Shown one piece after another: positions 37,581 through 50,030 of a DNA stretch of 64,000 nucleotides (positions are counted from its first letter, which is position 1; every line of letters starts with the position of its first letter). The position numbers were made by a program, and so were the translations under genes. The stretch is taken from the NCBI RefSeq assembly GCF_009914755.1, contig NC_060936.1. One strand, given 5' to 3'. This DNA comes from the human T2T-CHM13v2.0 reference genome, Homo sapiens. The notes beneath the pieces are model-generated. The model was not told the origin of the DNA. It worked only from the letters and a program-made list of their open reading frames with translations, and did no database searches.

Positions 37581-38964
37581 TACCTGGAGAAAGGGGCAGA
37601 GGGCTTGGTTCTACTGCAGTTTCTCATTCTGTAGCCTCACTCTGCTGCCTTCACTGAAGGACACCTCTGGGTCTAAGCGTCCTATCTGGGTAGGGGCTGG
37701 GGGCGGTCCCTGGACACCATGGAGCATGAGCAGTAGGTGACTTGGCACACCTATGGGGGCTCTTCCTGCCACAGATTTAATCTTCTCTTTCTCTCCTCCT
37801 AACCTTTCTCCCTTCTCTTCCTCTTCCTCTCTTCCTTATTCTTTCCTTTTCTCCTGCCTCCCTCCCCTCCTCTTCCTCTCTTTCACCCCTCCTCCCCTCC
37901 CCTCTCTCCCCAACCTGTATCTCCCTGTCACAACCCTGTTTGAGGAAGGGGTGAGTCCTCTCCTCCCCCTAGCTTCGCTTCCCCCATATTGCTCTGGTGC
38001 AAGTTCTAAGTGAGCCCTTCTGTAAAGTTCACACATGCCCAGAAAGCATTCAGGGACCCGCCAGAGATGAGGTCCACCTTGCAAATTCTCTCTTGGCCTC
38101 TAAAATCCGTTACAGTTAGGGCACCATAGAGAAGTAGAAACACAACCCAATACATGGGTTTGAATCTCAGCTTTGCCACTTCCCAGCTGTGTGACTTTGG
38201 GCCAGTCCCTCAACCTCTCTGAGTACCCTGAGGGGGCCAATAATACCTACCCTGATACACGTCCAAGGATTCAGCTGCAAGGATATTCTGATGTGGTTTA
38301 AAGTGGTGAAACGTTGGAAACAAACCCAAATATCCAATAATAGACTTGGTTAAAAATAAAACAAAAACCATAAAAGGATGGCTCAGCCATTGAAGAGAAC
38401 TTTAAGCAGTGACTACACAGAATGACATAGCTCTGTCTATGAAGATCAGTTTATACATCTGGAAGCTATTGCTGAGTGAACCAGAGCAGATGACCACATA
38501 TTGAGTATAGGGTATGATCTCTAGTTTCAAAATGAAAAAACAAAACAAAACAAAACAAACAAACAAAAAAACAAACAAAAAAACAAGAAAAGAAAAAAGA
38601 AGTCTGAAAGAAAATGCATCATCTAGATTTCCATAGTGCTTGAGATTCTGGGTGGTGACATTTTCTTCCTTTTGTTTATCTGAGATTTCTAAATTTTCCA
38701 CAAGCAAGTAGCATTGGTCTGATAAAGATGAATGTGCAGTAAGGAAAGAAAAGAAAAAGGCAAGGCACATTGCATGATTCTTGTGAGGAACACATAAAGA
38801 AGAAGGGCAGAAGAGTGGGGCTCTGAGCGTGCGCCTGTCCCATGGCGGTCTGTTCCCCACCTTCCCCTGCTGCAGCTACAATGGGCCGCTTCACTCACCC
38901 CGAGCTTGGGTGAAAAGTGATCCCAATGCAGGACACTCTTCTATTTATTTTTACCTCCCTCTCC

Positions 38965-39479
<515 letters not shown>

Positions 39480-40239
39480 TAGTGGCCTCAGGCCTCCTAA
39501 ATCTCACTGGACACTCTTTCCCTCATGCCTTTACCTAAAGACAAGCATGCACTGCATAAGATTTGCAGAGCACAACAGCCTCACTTTGGGGAGGAGGCGC
39601 ACTTCAGTCCTAACATAGCCTTGCAGATAACCAGCATCAGCTTACCAGCCTGCTCTTTTTTTGGGCCACCAGAAATTACATGGGGGAATAGTTAGGAGTG
39701 AAGTTCTAATTCTTTTGATGTGCTGGCAACAAACAAATCACACATTCATTCATTCATCAAACATTCTGAAGACCTACTATATGCTGGGCAGGCCTGTGTT
39801 AGAGCAGGGTATTACATAAAGCATGGGGAGATACGGTGCCTGGCACGTAGTAGCTGTCGAAAGAGGACAGTCACTTTCATGAACCTGGGAGTCACTAGAA
39901 GAGCTCCCCCTTTGGGTGAGCAGAGGTTTTTGCACCCATCAAGGGTTTAATGTCAGAGACCAGAACCAGGGAAAGGAATGGTTTCATTCTCTCTGAGTCG
40001 TTATCAAGGTAGGGACAAAAAAAGAAAACCACACAGCGCTGAGGGAAAAAAGATTTTTTTTTATTAATCTTTCTCTTTAAAAAAAGTTGATTTTTTTTGT
40101 TTTTGTTTTTTGTTTTTTTTAGGTAAACCTCTTTCTGCTTCCCCTCCGTCACTCTGCCCTACCTCCTCTTAAAAATATAAAAATGTCCAACCCCGGATAA
40201 CTAGAGTACAATAAATAAACAGTAAACACAAAAACATAC

Positions 40240-40245
40240 TTTATT
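40240..40245 (-). terminator. LHX5: LHX5 poly(A) signal AATAAA (second copy at 40060-40065)
   Basis: tttatt on +; upstream UGUA and downstream GU/U-rich tract on the - strand. Confidence 0.75.
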
Positions 40246-40849
40246 TGTTTCTTCTTTATACAAAATAAGGAAACTAGAAGCGTTCAACTTCCAAAAAAGT
40301 ATAATATTGTACATCCTGACGGCCCAGCCTCCAGGCCCTGGGCAGGGAGGGTGGTCTGTGGGTCTGAGCCCAGCAATCCTGGCGCCCCACCCAGGGGGAG
40401 AGCAGGATGTGTGCGTGTTCGAGTCCGGCCTGCTCCCTCGGGCTCAACATAAACGTCAAAGTAAGGAAGAGCGGGAGCTGGACCCGGCTGGCCACTTCCT
40501 GACCCACAGCCCTATTCCTAGAGAAGCTGACCTTGAGCCTCAAGATTGGCCACCAGGGAGCGCCAGCGTGCAGGTGGCTCGGTCTCCCTCTCGGTGGCTC
40601 CCGGTTCACGCGAGTTCCTCGCTCGCTCTCCGTCTTCTCCCTCTGGCTGACGCTGTCTCTCCATCTCCTCCTCATCTTGCCCCCTTTCCTCTCCCTCTCT
40701 TTCAATCTCTCTCCTTTTCTTATCATCTTTTTTTTTAAAGACGGGGAAAGCACAGCGAGAAATAAGATTACAAAATGCCACTCGGATTGCAGAGAGAGGG
40801 AAAAACACCGTCTCCGCCCCTTGGCCTCACCCTCTCTCAGTCCAAAGAG

Positions 40850-43750
40850 GTGGCGGTGGCTGGGTGGGTGGGTGGGGGCCCGGGGAAAGTCTAGAGCGTG
40901 CTCGAAATCTCTTGACCCTCCGGAGTATTGACTTTGGTCCCAAGAAATTGCTCGCGGTTGCTGGGAGAGTACTGGCGGTGGGCTGAGGCTCCTGGAGAGC
41001 CCGCGGGGTGGAGATGGGGGTCGGCCCCCCCTCGGCGCCCAGCCGAGGAGCAGCTGCCAGTTGAGTGCGGACCCGAGAGAGAACCCCCGAGGGACACCCA
41101 CGTCTCCCACCGCGTCTGCGTCGGGCGTTTTGGTTTCAGGAGGCTGCTTCGGGGCGGGGCCCCCGGGGGCCGAGCGCGGGGGGCGGCCCGGCGGCCTTAC
41201 CACACGGCGGCTTCGTTGAGCTCGGGGTTGGGATGCGACAGGGGTCCGCTGTAGCCGCTGGTGCCGCTCATTGGGAAGGGCGGGCTGGGCCCGCCGCTGA
41301 ATACCTCGCCGGGCATGGGGTGCAGCGTGCCCGGCAGGCCTGGCTCGGGGCTCGGTGTGTCCGGGTGCGAGATCATGTCGGTGAACCTGGGGTTGTCCGC
41401 GGCGTGCGGGCCGGCGAGCGGCGGTTCCAGCGCTCCCAGCGGCGTCGAGCCGGGGCCAGAGGCCGCCAGGAAGCTGGAGTCGGCCGGGGACTGCGCCTGC
41501 GAAGGCGGGCCGTGCGCGAAGAAGTCGTAGTTGCTTCCCGGCGCGTAGTAGTCGCCTTGGTAGTCTGCGGAGGGGGAGCGGGAAGGAGACAGGGCGCGGT
41601 GAGAGAAGGCGAAGTAGGCGGGGGACCCGGGACCCGGGGAGGGGACCCGGGCGGGCGAGAGAGGGGAGCGCGCGACACCGACCCAAGGTTAGAGAGACCT
41701 GCGGAGGCCGGCGCCCCTTGAGACGGTGGACGTCGCAGGCTCACGGGGAGGGTTGGGGAGAGAGACAATGAGAGATCTCGAAAGGGCAAGAGACTCAGAC
41801 TGCCAGAGACCACACACAGAGACGGGAGAGACTCCGAGACCGTGGGGGACACACGCGGCAAAAACTCGGAGACTTCAGTCACAGGTTCCCTGACACCTAG
41901 AGATGGAGAGAGACAGAGGCGGCCAGAGACGCAGAGACAGACAATGATTCCTAAGTGTCTTAGGGTCGGTGAGAGACACAGAGATGCGGGACAGCGAGAG
42001 ACAGACGGAGAGATCGGCAGAGGGGCAGAGAGAAAGGCGGAAAAGAGACCCAGAGACGCGGAGTCCGCGGCTGAGACCCGAAAGCCCGAGACATCGGAGG
42101 GTCGCGGAGGAGTCGAGGAGACGCAGAGAGAGGAAAGACGGCCGCGGTTAGAGACACGCGTGGAAACCCCCGGGGGCGGCAGCGAGGGAGTCAGGAGTGA
42201 GCCCGAAGATGGAGAGAAGTCGATGCGCCCAGAGAACGCAAGACGGTGGATCAGAGATGAGTCCCAGGAACCTCCAGAGAAGCGGAGGCTGACAGGCCCG
42301 GGGAGAGGAACCGGGCAGGGACAAACCAGCGGACAGAGCAGAGCGCGAAATGGTTGAGACCGGGAAGCGACCTGGCCGGGGGAAACTGGATCCGGGCCGC
42401 GGCAGGAGCGACTGGTGGGTTGGGCCGGGCGGGGCGGCCTTGGCGCCCTAAACTCGGTCCCTGCGCCCTACCAACCCAGTCCAAGTCCTTCGCCTCGCCA
42501 AGTACGGCCGCCGCGTCGATCCCGGTGAGACCATTTGTACCGGCCTAGCCTAGCCTGAGAAAGAGAAAACTGAGCTCCAGCGACTTGGGAGAGGGGGAGG
42601 AGGACACGAAGATTCTCTGGGTCATGGCCAGAGCTCCGCGGGCTCCTTGGGGTAGAAGCTCGGTCCTCCAGCCTTGCCCCGGGTTGGTTTTGCCAGCACC
42701 CCCAGGTTCTGAAGCATCTGAGGACATTGAGATCTTTTGAGAAGCTGGTGATAGCTATGGGCTCTCTCTCAAGGAAAATGCAAGGATGAGAATTTTGCCC
42801 ATAAATTCAGGAGGTGTAGGGACTCCGGATTGCAAACCCATTCTGCCTCAACAAATCTGTATCAACTCTCTGACCGCCCCACATAGCCCCTTTTCCAGAA
42901 CCTTCGGGATATCCTGCCTTCCCCCACCAGGTGGGGCCCTGAAGGACTGACGTGGGGGACGTCACGAAAGGACCACCTTGTACCAGGCACCCGCTTTGTA
43001 CGGCGGGAAAACCAGCGAGTCCAGAAGCCTGAGTCTCTTCTGCAAATCCACTCCCCCTGCTGAGTCCTGGGATCTCAGTCAAGGGGCGAATTCCTGATGC
43101 CCCCTGCCACCCTCTTCCCTCTCCAAACCCTGAAATCTGTCCAAATGGGGGGTGTCTGGAGGCGTGGCTTGGAGGCAGTTTAAGCAACAGCTAAAACGGT
43201 TGCCAATTACTTTTTAAAACCATTAATTTAATTCTCCCCGAAAGTGAAGGGGAAGATGGGGAGCGGCAAATTTGGAGCCCCAAAGGGACAGGGATGGGAG
43301 ACGGCCGCGGCCCGCGGCGAGCCGGAAAACCAGCGAAGGCCGCTGCCCCCGCGCCGTGCGCGCCGCCTCCGCCCATATGGCGGCCGGGCCGGAGGTAATT
43401 GGAACAAACGCCGTCTGAAAAGGGCACAAAAGCCGCAGCTGGGGCTTTGTCCGCGCTCCCACGGGGAGCCGCCGGCCCCGCCGCCCGGCCCCTTTCTCGC
43501 CCGCTGCCGGTCGCCACCGCCGGGATCTCCCAGCGCGGATTAGGCGGGGCTGCCTCGCTGGGGGCTGGGGAGTCTTCCCCACCATTACGGGGAACGAGGG
43601 GCCCCCAGTATCCAGCTCCCCACCTCATCCAGCGCGCAGGGAGAGGAGGCGGTGGGATAGGTCGGGGCGGGGGCGAAGTGGTCCTCGGGGAAACCTTGGT
43701 TAATTATCCAGGCGGGGAAAAATTCCGGGCCGGTACCGCCCCCACTACCT
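40850..43750. promoter_or_regulatory. CpG island cluster over LHX5 exon 5 and intron 4
   Basis: Very high GC content and CpG density by inspection. Confidence 0.8.
41197..41564 (-). CDS. LHX5: LHX5 coding exon 5 (Pro/Gly/Ser-rich C-terminus, ...PELNEAAVW*)
   Basis: ccgcag acceptor; TAA at 41197-41199; exons sum to 1209 nt = 402 aa plus stop. Confidence 0.96.
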
Positions 43751-43849
43751 CGCTGCTCCGGGCCCAGATTTTGTAGGGAAAGAGGCAAATTTAGGTGGAG
43801 AGAGTCGGTGAGTGGAGACTCCGGAAGACACGCCCACCATCCGGGCTCT

Positions 43850-43921
43850 CCAGGGTTGGGGGTCTGTCCGGGGTTGGGGGTCTGTCCAGGGTTGGGGGGC
43901 TGTCCAGGGTTGGGCGGCTGG
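43850..43921. repeat. 18-bp G-rich tandem repeat x4 (ccagggttgggggtctgt)
   Basis: Units start at 43850, 43868, 43886 and 43904. Confidence 0.9.
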
Positions 43922-45262
43922 GGCGCTCCAGCCTGAGCCCTGCCACTGCCTGGGGTCTCTGCCCTGAAAAGCACAGCCTGGCATTTTGCCCACAATTTCT
44001 AGGGGCCCCGGTCCGGTCTCAAGGTCTAATCCCCCCTCAGGCTTCCGGATGTGCTGAGGTTAGTGATGGGGTTATCTTCCCTTCCCTTCTGCGTCTACCT
44101 GGGTGCCTAGCTCCTGCCTTGCTAACACTGCCACTGAACCCACTTTCTAAGAGAAATTGCCTCTTCCTAACCTGCGTTACAACTCAGAAGTGCAGATGCC
44201 TCTCAGACATAGACAGTCCTGGGGTCTCTCCAAATTCAGAAGCTTCAGAATAGAAGAGGAGAGGTGCTTTCTTGAGCCCTCAGCCCTGGGAAGAACAGGA
44301 CAGTGAGCTTGGTGAGCTCAAGCAATGCGGCTCAGGGTAAGGAGCTGAAAAAATCGGATAGGGGGAGTTGGGATGGCTCACCAATCCAGTGTGAGGGAAG
44401 TGAGAGGAGGAAAAGCTGAGGTGGCAAGGGGACAGCTCACCCCAGGCCCAAGCCTGGTACCACCATCTGAAGCCCTTTGTAAACTGGGGCTCCTCGCTCT
44501 CTGCAGCCCCAAAGACGGTGGAAATCTGGGGTTGGCCCAACACTTGTGCCCCCAGTCTGTAGGAACCCCAGGGGTCTCGGGGCTGGAGGGTGGACTACAG
44601 TCCTGCCCAGAGCAACTGCCGGCATTTGGGCTAACACTGCCAGATGCTGTGCGCACACACCCCGCCACATGGAACAGGAGTTGCTGCCTTCGATGCTAGT
44701 GAGCAGGCGGCTTGGAATGAATCCAGACCCCCATCCCCTCCCCTCACACTACCCTCCAGCGCTCGGAATCCACCTCATGCCAAGTACACCAGGCACAGGG
44801 CGGCAGGAAGGCTGTGCGTCTGTCCGTGGGGGCCGCATGCATGTGGATTTGCCAGTACTGGCCTCAGTGTGACTGGTGGGAGTGTGCGCGTCTGTGGAGT
44901 TGTGTCTCCGTGAGTGTACCTGTGTGTGAGAGGGTGGAATTTACCTATACGTGATCGTGCGATCGTGTCTAGACGTGTGTCCCTGGAGTCTCTGAACGCA
45001 AGTGTGAGTGCACCTTGTGCCCTGCGTGGGTGAATGTGTCACTGTATCTCGTGTGTGCTTCTGTGTGCATCACTGTATGGGTGAGACCATGTATCTGATT
45101 TTGTGTCCAGGACATGTGGGTGAGTGTACATGTGTCTGTGATCGTGTGTCCAGCGAGTGGGCGATGTTCTGGAGCGGCGGAAAGCGTGCTGGCCGGGACC
45201 CTTCGCCCTCAGCTCCCGGAATAGGACAGGTGCGGAACAGCGAATCCCGGGGCGCCCCTTAC

Positions 45263-45428
45263 CTCCGTAGTAGGTGTACGGGGTGGACCCCAACATCTCA
45301 GACTCGTCCAAGCGGCCGCCCAGCGGACGCATGCGCCGCGGACTCCGGAAGAAGGCGTGCCTCCGGGCGCCTAGGGCGCTCAGCTGTTTCATCCGGCGTT
45401 CTTTGGACCGTCGGTTCTGAAACCACAC
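45263..45428 (-). CDS. LHX5: LHX5 coding exon 4 (recognition helix [12 protein letters not shown])
   Basis: WFQNRR homeodomain helix 3; cccag acceptor, gtaagg donor. Confidence 0.98.
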
Positions 45429-46133
45429 CTGGGACAGAGGAGGGGGCTGTGAACCCAGGATCAGGAGTGTCCTCTCCCCCCCTCTTCTCCCTTCCCTGAC
45501 TGGGCTGCCCCTGCTGGGTCCTTGCGCCTCTTCCGCACCAGGACTCCCCCGAGGCGGGGCCGGGCCGGATTAGGCCGGGAGGGGTGGAGAGAGGCTTCGG
45601 CGAACCAGCCAAGGGTGAAGGATTTCGCGGACCCGTGGGGCGACTCATAAAGACTTGGGCTTCCTGGTCCCCGGCTCGCCCGCGGCCTGACGGCTCTATA
45701 AAGGCCTCCCTCCCGGCACGGCTCTCGCCTCGGCCCCTCGGCTCCGGAGCCAGCCTCTGGCCGTTTGTCTGCCCGCGCTTCGGCGCAGGGAGGGAGGGGG
45801 CATCGCCTGTTTCTCTGCTCGAAAGGTGGAGGTAAAGAGGGATCCCGGACCCCAGAGAGGCTTACAACCTTCCATAAGCAAGGCGGGGGGCGGAATTCAG
45901 AGAGGTAAAGTGACCCGCCCCCAAATCGCAATACCAGGAGGACAGCAGGGCTAGATGGAATCTTTCGGTTCACAGTCCCCGACCTCGGGCAAGTGCCCCA
46001 CTCGGGCGCACGGTCTGCTCCCAGACCAGAACCAGGCGCGCTCGTAGCCAAGGAAGCTTGGCGGGAGACTCCTCCGAGGCTCCCGGCTCCCAGGCCAGCG
46101 GGGCTAAGGAGCTGTGCCCGCCCCGGGCCGCAC

Positions 46134-46411
46134 CTGGATGACGCGCATGTTGAGGCCGGTCTCCTGCGCCAGCTGCTCGCGGATGTGGCGCGTGGGCTTG
46201 GGCGTGGCGGCGAAGGCAGCCTTGAGCGTCTCCAGCTGCTTGGCCTTGATGGTGGTGCGGGGGCCGCGCCGCTTGGTGCCCGAGTTCTGCTCCTCGTTCT
46301 CGTTGTTGGCCGTCTCCTTGTCCGACGAGGTCGAGTTGTCCGTCTCTTTGGGGTCGTCCTGCAGTGCGTCCTGGAGGTCCGGGGACAAACTGCGGTCCGT
46401 ACAGGATGACA
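46134..46411 (-). CDS. LHX5: LHX5 coding exon 3 (linker and homeodomain helices 1-2)
   Basis: [47 protein letters not shown]; cgcag acceptor, gtgcgg donor. Confidence 0.98.
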
Positions 46412-47128
46412 CTGCGGGCGGACGGATCGGGAAGGGGACAGCGGCGTCAGCGACGGCCAGACGCCTCTTCAGTCCAGTGGCGGGTTCCCGCCGGCCCAAG
46501 CTACGGCCTGCCCAGGCTACGGCCAGCCCCGCTGGATTCCCTCCCAAACCTGCGACAGCCCCTCCCCCAGGGACCCGGTGCCCGCCCACTCTCTCCAGGC
46601 GGGGCTGGGCCTTTGGAGGGGCGCTCTTAAGCCCTCTCCGCGCGTCTCAGCTAGTACCTGGGTAAGGGTAGGGGGACGCGTACCCTCTGGAGAACTCCCA
46701 CTTTCAAGGAGAGGGGACAAGGAGGGCACAGATTCCCTTGGGGCTTGGATCTTCCTCTCTCTTCCCTCCTCTCTCCAGATCTCAATTAATGTCCTTCCAG
46801 TGCATCAAGAAATTACCTGGAGCTCAAGTGACACATAAGGGGGAATTGTGCGCTTCCAAATTAGGGGAGGAGGGCAACTTGGAAAAGGCTCCTGAATTGG
46901 AGGAGGGTGAGGCAGAGCTGGCAGGTCTCAGATCCCCTGTAAAACCTGCTCCAAAGCCACTTCTCTTCTCTAGCCTCTAACCCCCTTGCCTTGCCCTAGA
47001 ACTGCCTGGGGCTGATGAGCTCCAAGCTCAGCACAGACAGCACACCGGGGGCCAAGTAGGGAGTGCCAGGCTGGGCACGGTGGGAGGGTGCTAAGGCCTA
47101 AGGCTAGTGAGGGGCCCAGGCTTCCTAC

Positions 47129-47352
47129 CTGAGTTGAGGCTGCCCTCCTTGAGGCTGGATGAGCTCAGGTAGTCGTCTTTGCACACGAACTTGTTCTCGT
47201 CGATGACGTAGAGCTCCTCGCCGGTGGACAGCTGCTTGTTACACACCATGCAGGTGAAACAGTTGAGGTGAAAGACTTTGCTCCGGGCCTTGCGCACCAG
47301 GTCGCTGGGCGAGATGCCTTGCGCGCAGCCGGCGCATTTCGTGCCAAAGCGC
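47129..47352 (-). CDS. LHX5: LHX5 coding exon 2 (LIM2 domain)
   Basis: [61 protein letters not shown]; cag acceptor, gtagga donor. Confidence 0.98.
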
Positions 47353-49332
47353 CTGTGGACACAATGTGCCTGTCACTATGGGGTGGGACTGCATCCAGCC
47401 CTCCCCAGCCCCTGACCTCTTCCCACCCGACCTGGCTTCGGTGAAGTCCCCATTTCCATATCTGTCAAACGGAACCCCAATCCTGAGCGCTCTGGCCAGA
47501 GTGGGAGAAGTGGGACAAATGTCCTGAGCTGCTTTTGGGACTGGGACTGCCATGCCTCCACTGGGGCTTTTCAGACTCTCCTGAGCTGGGAAGGGGTGAG
47601 CAGTGGGTGCAGCCTTCAGCCAAGAAGAGAGCCCAGAGCACCCCAAGATGTCCTCCCCCAAACCCAACCCCTGCCAGGCCTGCCTGGGCTGCTCCAGGCA
47701 AACTCAGAGTCCATGAATGATTTGAAGCCAGGCGGGGAGGGTTTGGGCCACTTGGTGGCTTTGCCTCCTGGATCCTTTCTAGTCTGCTGCTGCCTAGCTA
47801 GGGCCAATCTGCCTGGCTGGCTGAGCCTAGCCATGAGGTGGGGAGCCCTTCTCCTAGGCTGGAAGGAGGAAGCAGAAAGGAGGGAACCTTCCACTGATTT
47901 CCAGTACCAATGGAGAGGCTTTCCAATCCACCGCTCTGGGACCCGCTGGAGCTAATCAGGAGCTGTGGACAGCAGGGCCTCATAGTGATGGACCCTAGAG
48001 AGCAGGGATGAGTTTCAGCCCCCCTAAACCTCTGGCCTGGCAGGCAGCAGGGGAATGTGAATAGAGGACAATCATAGATCCTGCAAGGCCAGGACAGGAA
48101 TCTCTCAAATCCCCGCTTTCCCGCGTTCCTGATCTCATTCCTTTTCTTTCTTCTTTGAGCTCAGGGAGAAAGCCAGCCTCCCCCGAAATAGGAGATGGGT
48201 GAGGCTCAGGTTGGGGGTGGGGTGGGGGAGGACCCAGGACTCTAGGGACCCCACATCTACTCACACCCATGTCTCTAAACAGGGCGAATTTGGGTGACAT
48301 TGATGTAGTGAGGGCATTAGAAGCCATAAGTCACTTTTGGCCTTATCCGGCAGCGTAATTGGCCATATGCACCTTATCAAAAATCATTAGGCACTTTGCA
48401 AGCACTGCTACATTAGGGGCATCGGGCCTCCGGGTCCAGGGAGTTAACACGTGTAAAGGAGCGGCTGACATTTTCTCCCATTCAAATTCTCAGTGCGGAG
48501 TCGCTGGGGCCGGCAGGCTGCCTTTCTCTGTGGCGTGATTCACGCCCCCATTCCTCAGCGCGGGGAATTCCTGTTCACAAAGCCGGCTCTGGGTGCCCAG
48601 AGGAAACAGGTAGGGCTCAGCTGCCCCAAACTCCAGTGGCTTCCAGGCTGGGGAAACTGAGGCCCAGAGAGGTGATCTGCCCTGGCCAGCCACAGGGCCC
48701 ACAGGGGTAGGGGGGCTGGGGAGGTGCCACAGCCCAGTCTAGACCCCAGAGGTCCTGATTCTCAGCCTCGATTTCGTTTCTACTTTTCAACATGGGAGGA
48801 AATGTTTAAGGGGTTGGGAGGTGGGTGGGGGAGGTTCTCTCCTCCCATCACCAGGGGAGACCTTCCTCGCTGGGCCCCCTCTGGAGCTGAGAAGTTTCTG
48901 TTTGGGATTGCGGCCGATGGGCTCACACATTCTGCCTGGAGCGAGAAGCCTTCAGGCGTCTCTAACTCATGCAAAAATCCTTCCTCTCTCTCGGGACGGG
49001 GCTTGAAGCTTCTGTCTTGGGGTTGCAGCTGCTTGGAAGGGGCGGAGAGGAGTGGATAGCAAGTTTGTCAGGGCTTCCTCCCTCTGCCCCGCCAGCGCTC
49101 TGAGCCGGCCTCGAGCCAACGTGAGGCAGCGAAGCAGCGTCCTTCTTCCTCCGCCTGGGCTCGGGACCTTTCCTGGACCAAGGACAGGAGGAGAGCAAAG
49201 TGCTGCCCGCTCCCCATCTAAGCTTGTGATCCGGGGAGGCTGGGATGGGGATGGGGGTATCCCCTTCCCCAGCGCCCCAGTGGAGCGCGCGCAGGGTGGG
49301 CGCGCAGGCAGCAGAGCGGCGCGGCCTCTTAC

Positions 49333-49505
49333 CTGAAAAAGTCATTTTTGCAGTAGAGCTTGCCCTCGCGCGAGAAGCACTTCTCCGAGAGGTTGGTTTT
49401 GCACTCGCAGCACTGAACACATTTGATGTGCCACGCGCGGTCCAGCACGTTCAGCAGAAAGCGGTCGAGGATGGGCCGCTCGCAACCGGCGCAGTGCACC
49501 ATCAT
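49333..49505 (-). CDS. LHX5: LIM homeobox 5, coding exon 1 (LIM1 domain)
   Basis: [60 protein letters not shown] zinc-finger Cys/His spacing; donor gtaaga. Confidence 0.98.
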
Positions 49506-49939
49506 AGCCCCGCGCCCCGGCGGCTTCGGCCGCCTTGCCCTCCCTTTGGGCCCCTGGCCCTCGGGCCTGCCGGGCCCTCCGCTGCCCTTCGCCTCTTGTC
49601 TCAGCAGCTGCAGGGCGAGTCTGGTCCGGACCAAGACTCAGCCGGTCCAGTCCTTGGGCAATCTCTGGCCTGGCGCTGGGCTGCCCGGAGTGGGGTGGTG
49701 GGGGGCGGGTGGCGTTCACAACCTCATGCCACGGGCCGCACGCCCCGGCGCCTGTTCCGGGCTTCCCCAGGTATCTCGGGTGGCTGCTGGCCTCGGCGCT
49801 GCGGAGCGGCTTTCCCCGGTGGCGGAGGCGCCGGCACTTTCCCCCACTTTCAAGCGGTCCGGATCCTCATCTTTGTCTGGTCGCCGCGTAATTCGCGCAT
49901 CCTTATTCAGATTTGGTGACGTGGCGCTGCACGTAGGGG

Positions 49940-50030
49940 GCCCAGCGGCCAATGGGCGCACCGTGGCCATGGCAACCTCTTAAATTTATAGCATATCTAA
50001 ATTGGCTACAGCGTTGCTGTCCGGACAGAG
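49940..50030 (-). promoter_or_regulatory. LHX5: LHX5 core promoter / bidirectional promoter
   Basis: TATAAAT on - at 49984-49990, CCAAT on - at 50001-50005, CCAAT on + at 49949-49953, RFX X-box at 49963-49976, inside a CpG island. Confidence 0.7.

Larger units (their letters stand above)
45150..46700. promoter_or_regulatory. CpG island over LHX5 exons 3-4
   Basis: Dense CpG, GC-rich. Confidence 0.8.

Noticed and set aside
41065-49983. Long + strand ORFs antisense to LHX5 exons (41065-41721, 46114-46665, 49245-49919)
   Set aside because: Expected stop-codon scarcity opposite GC-rich coding sequence; mostly non-ATG starts and no recognisable domains
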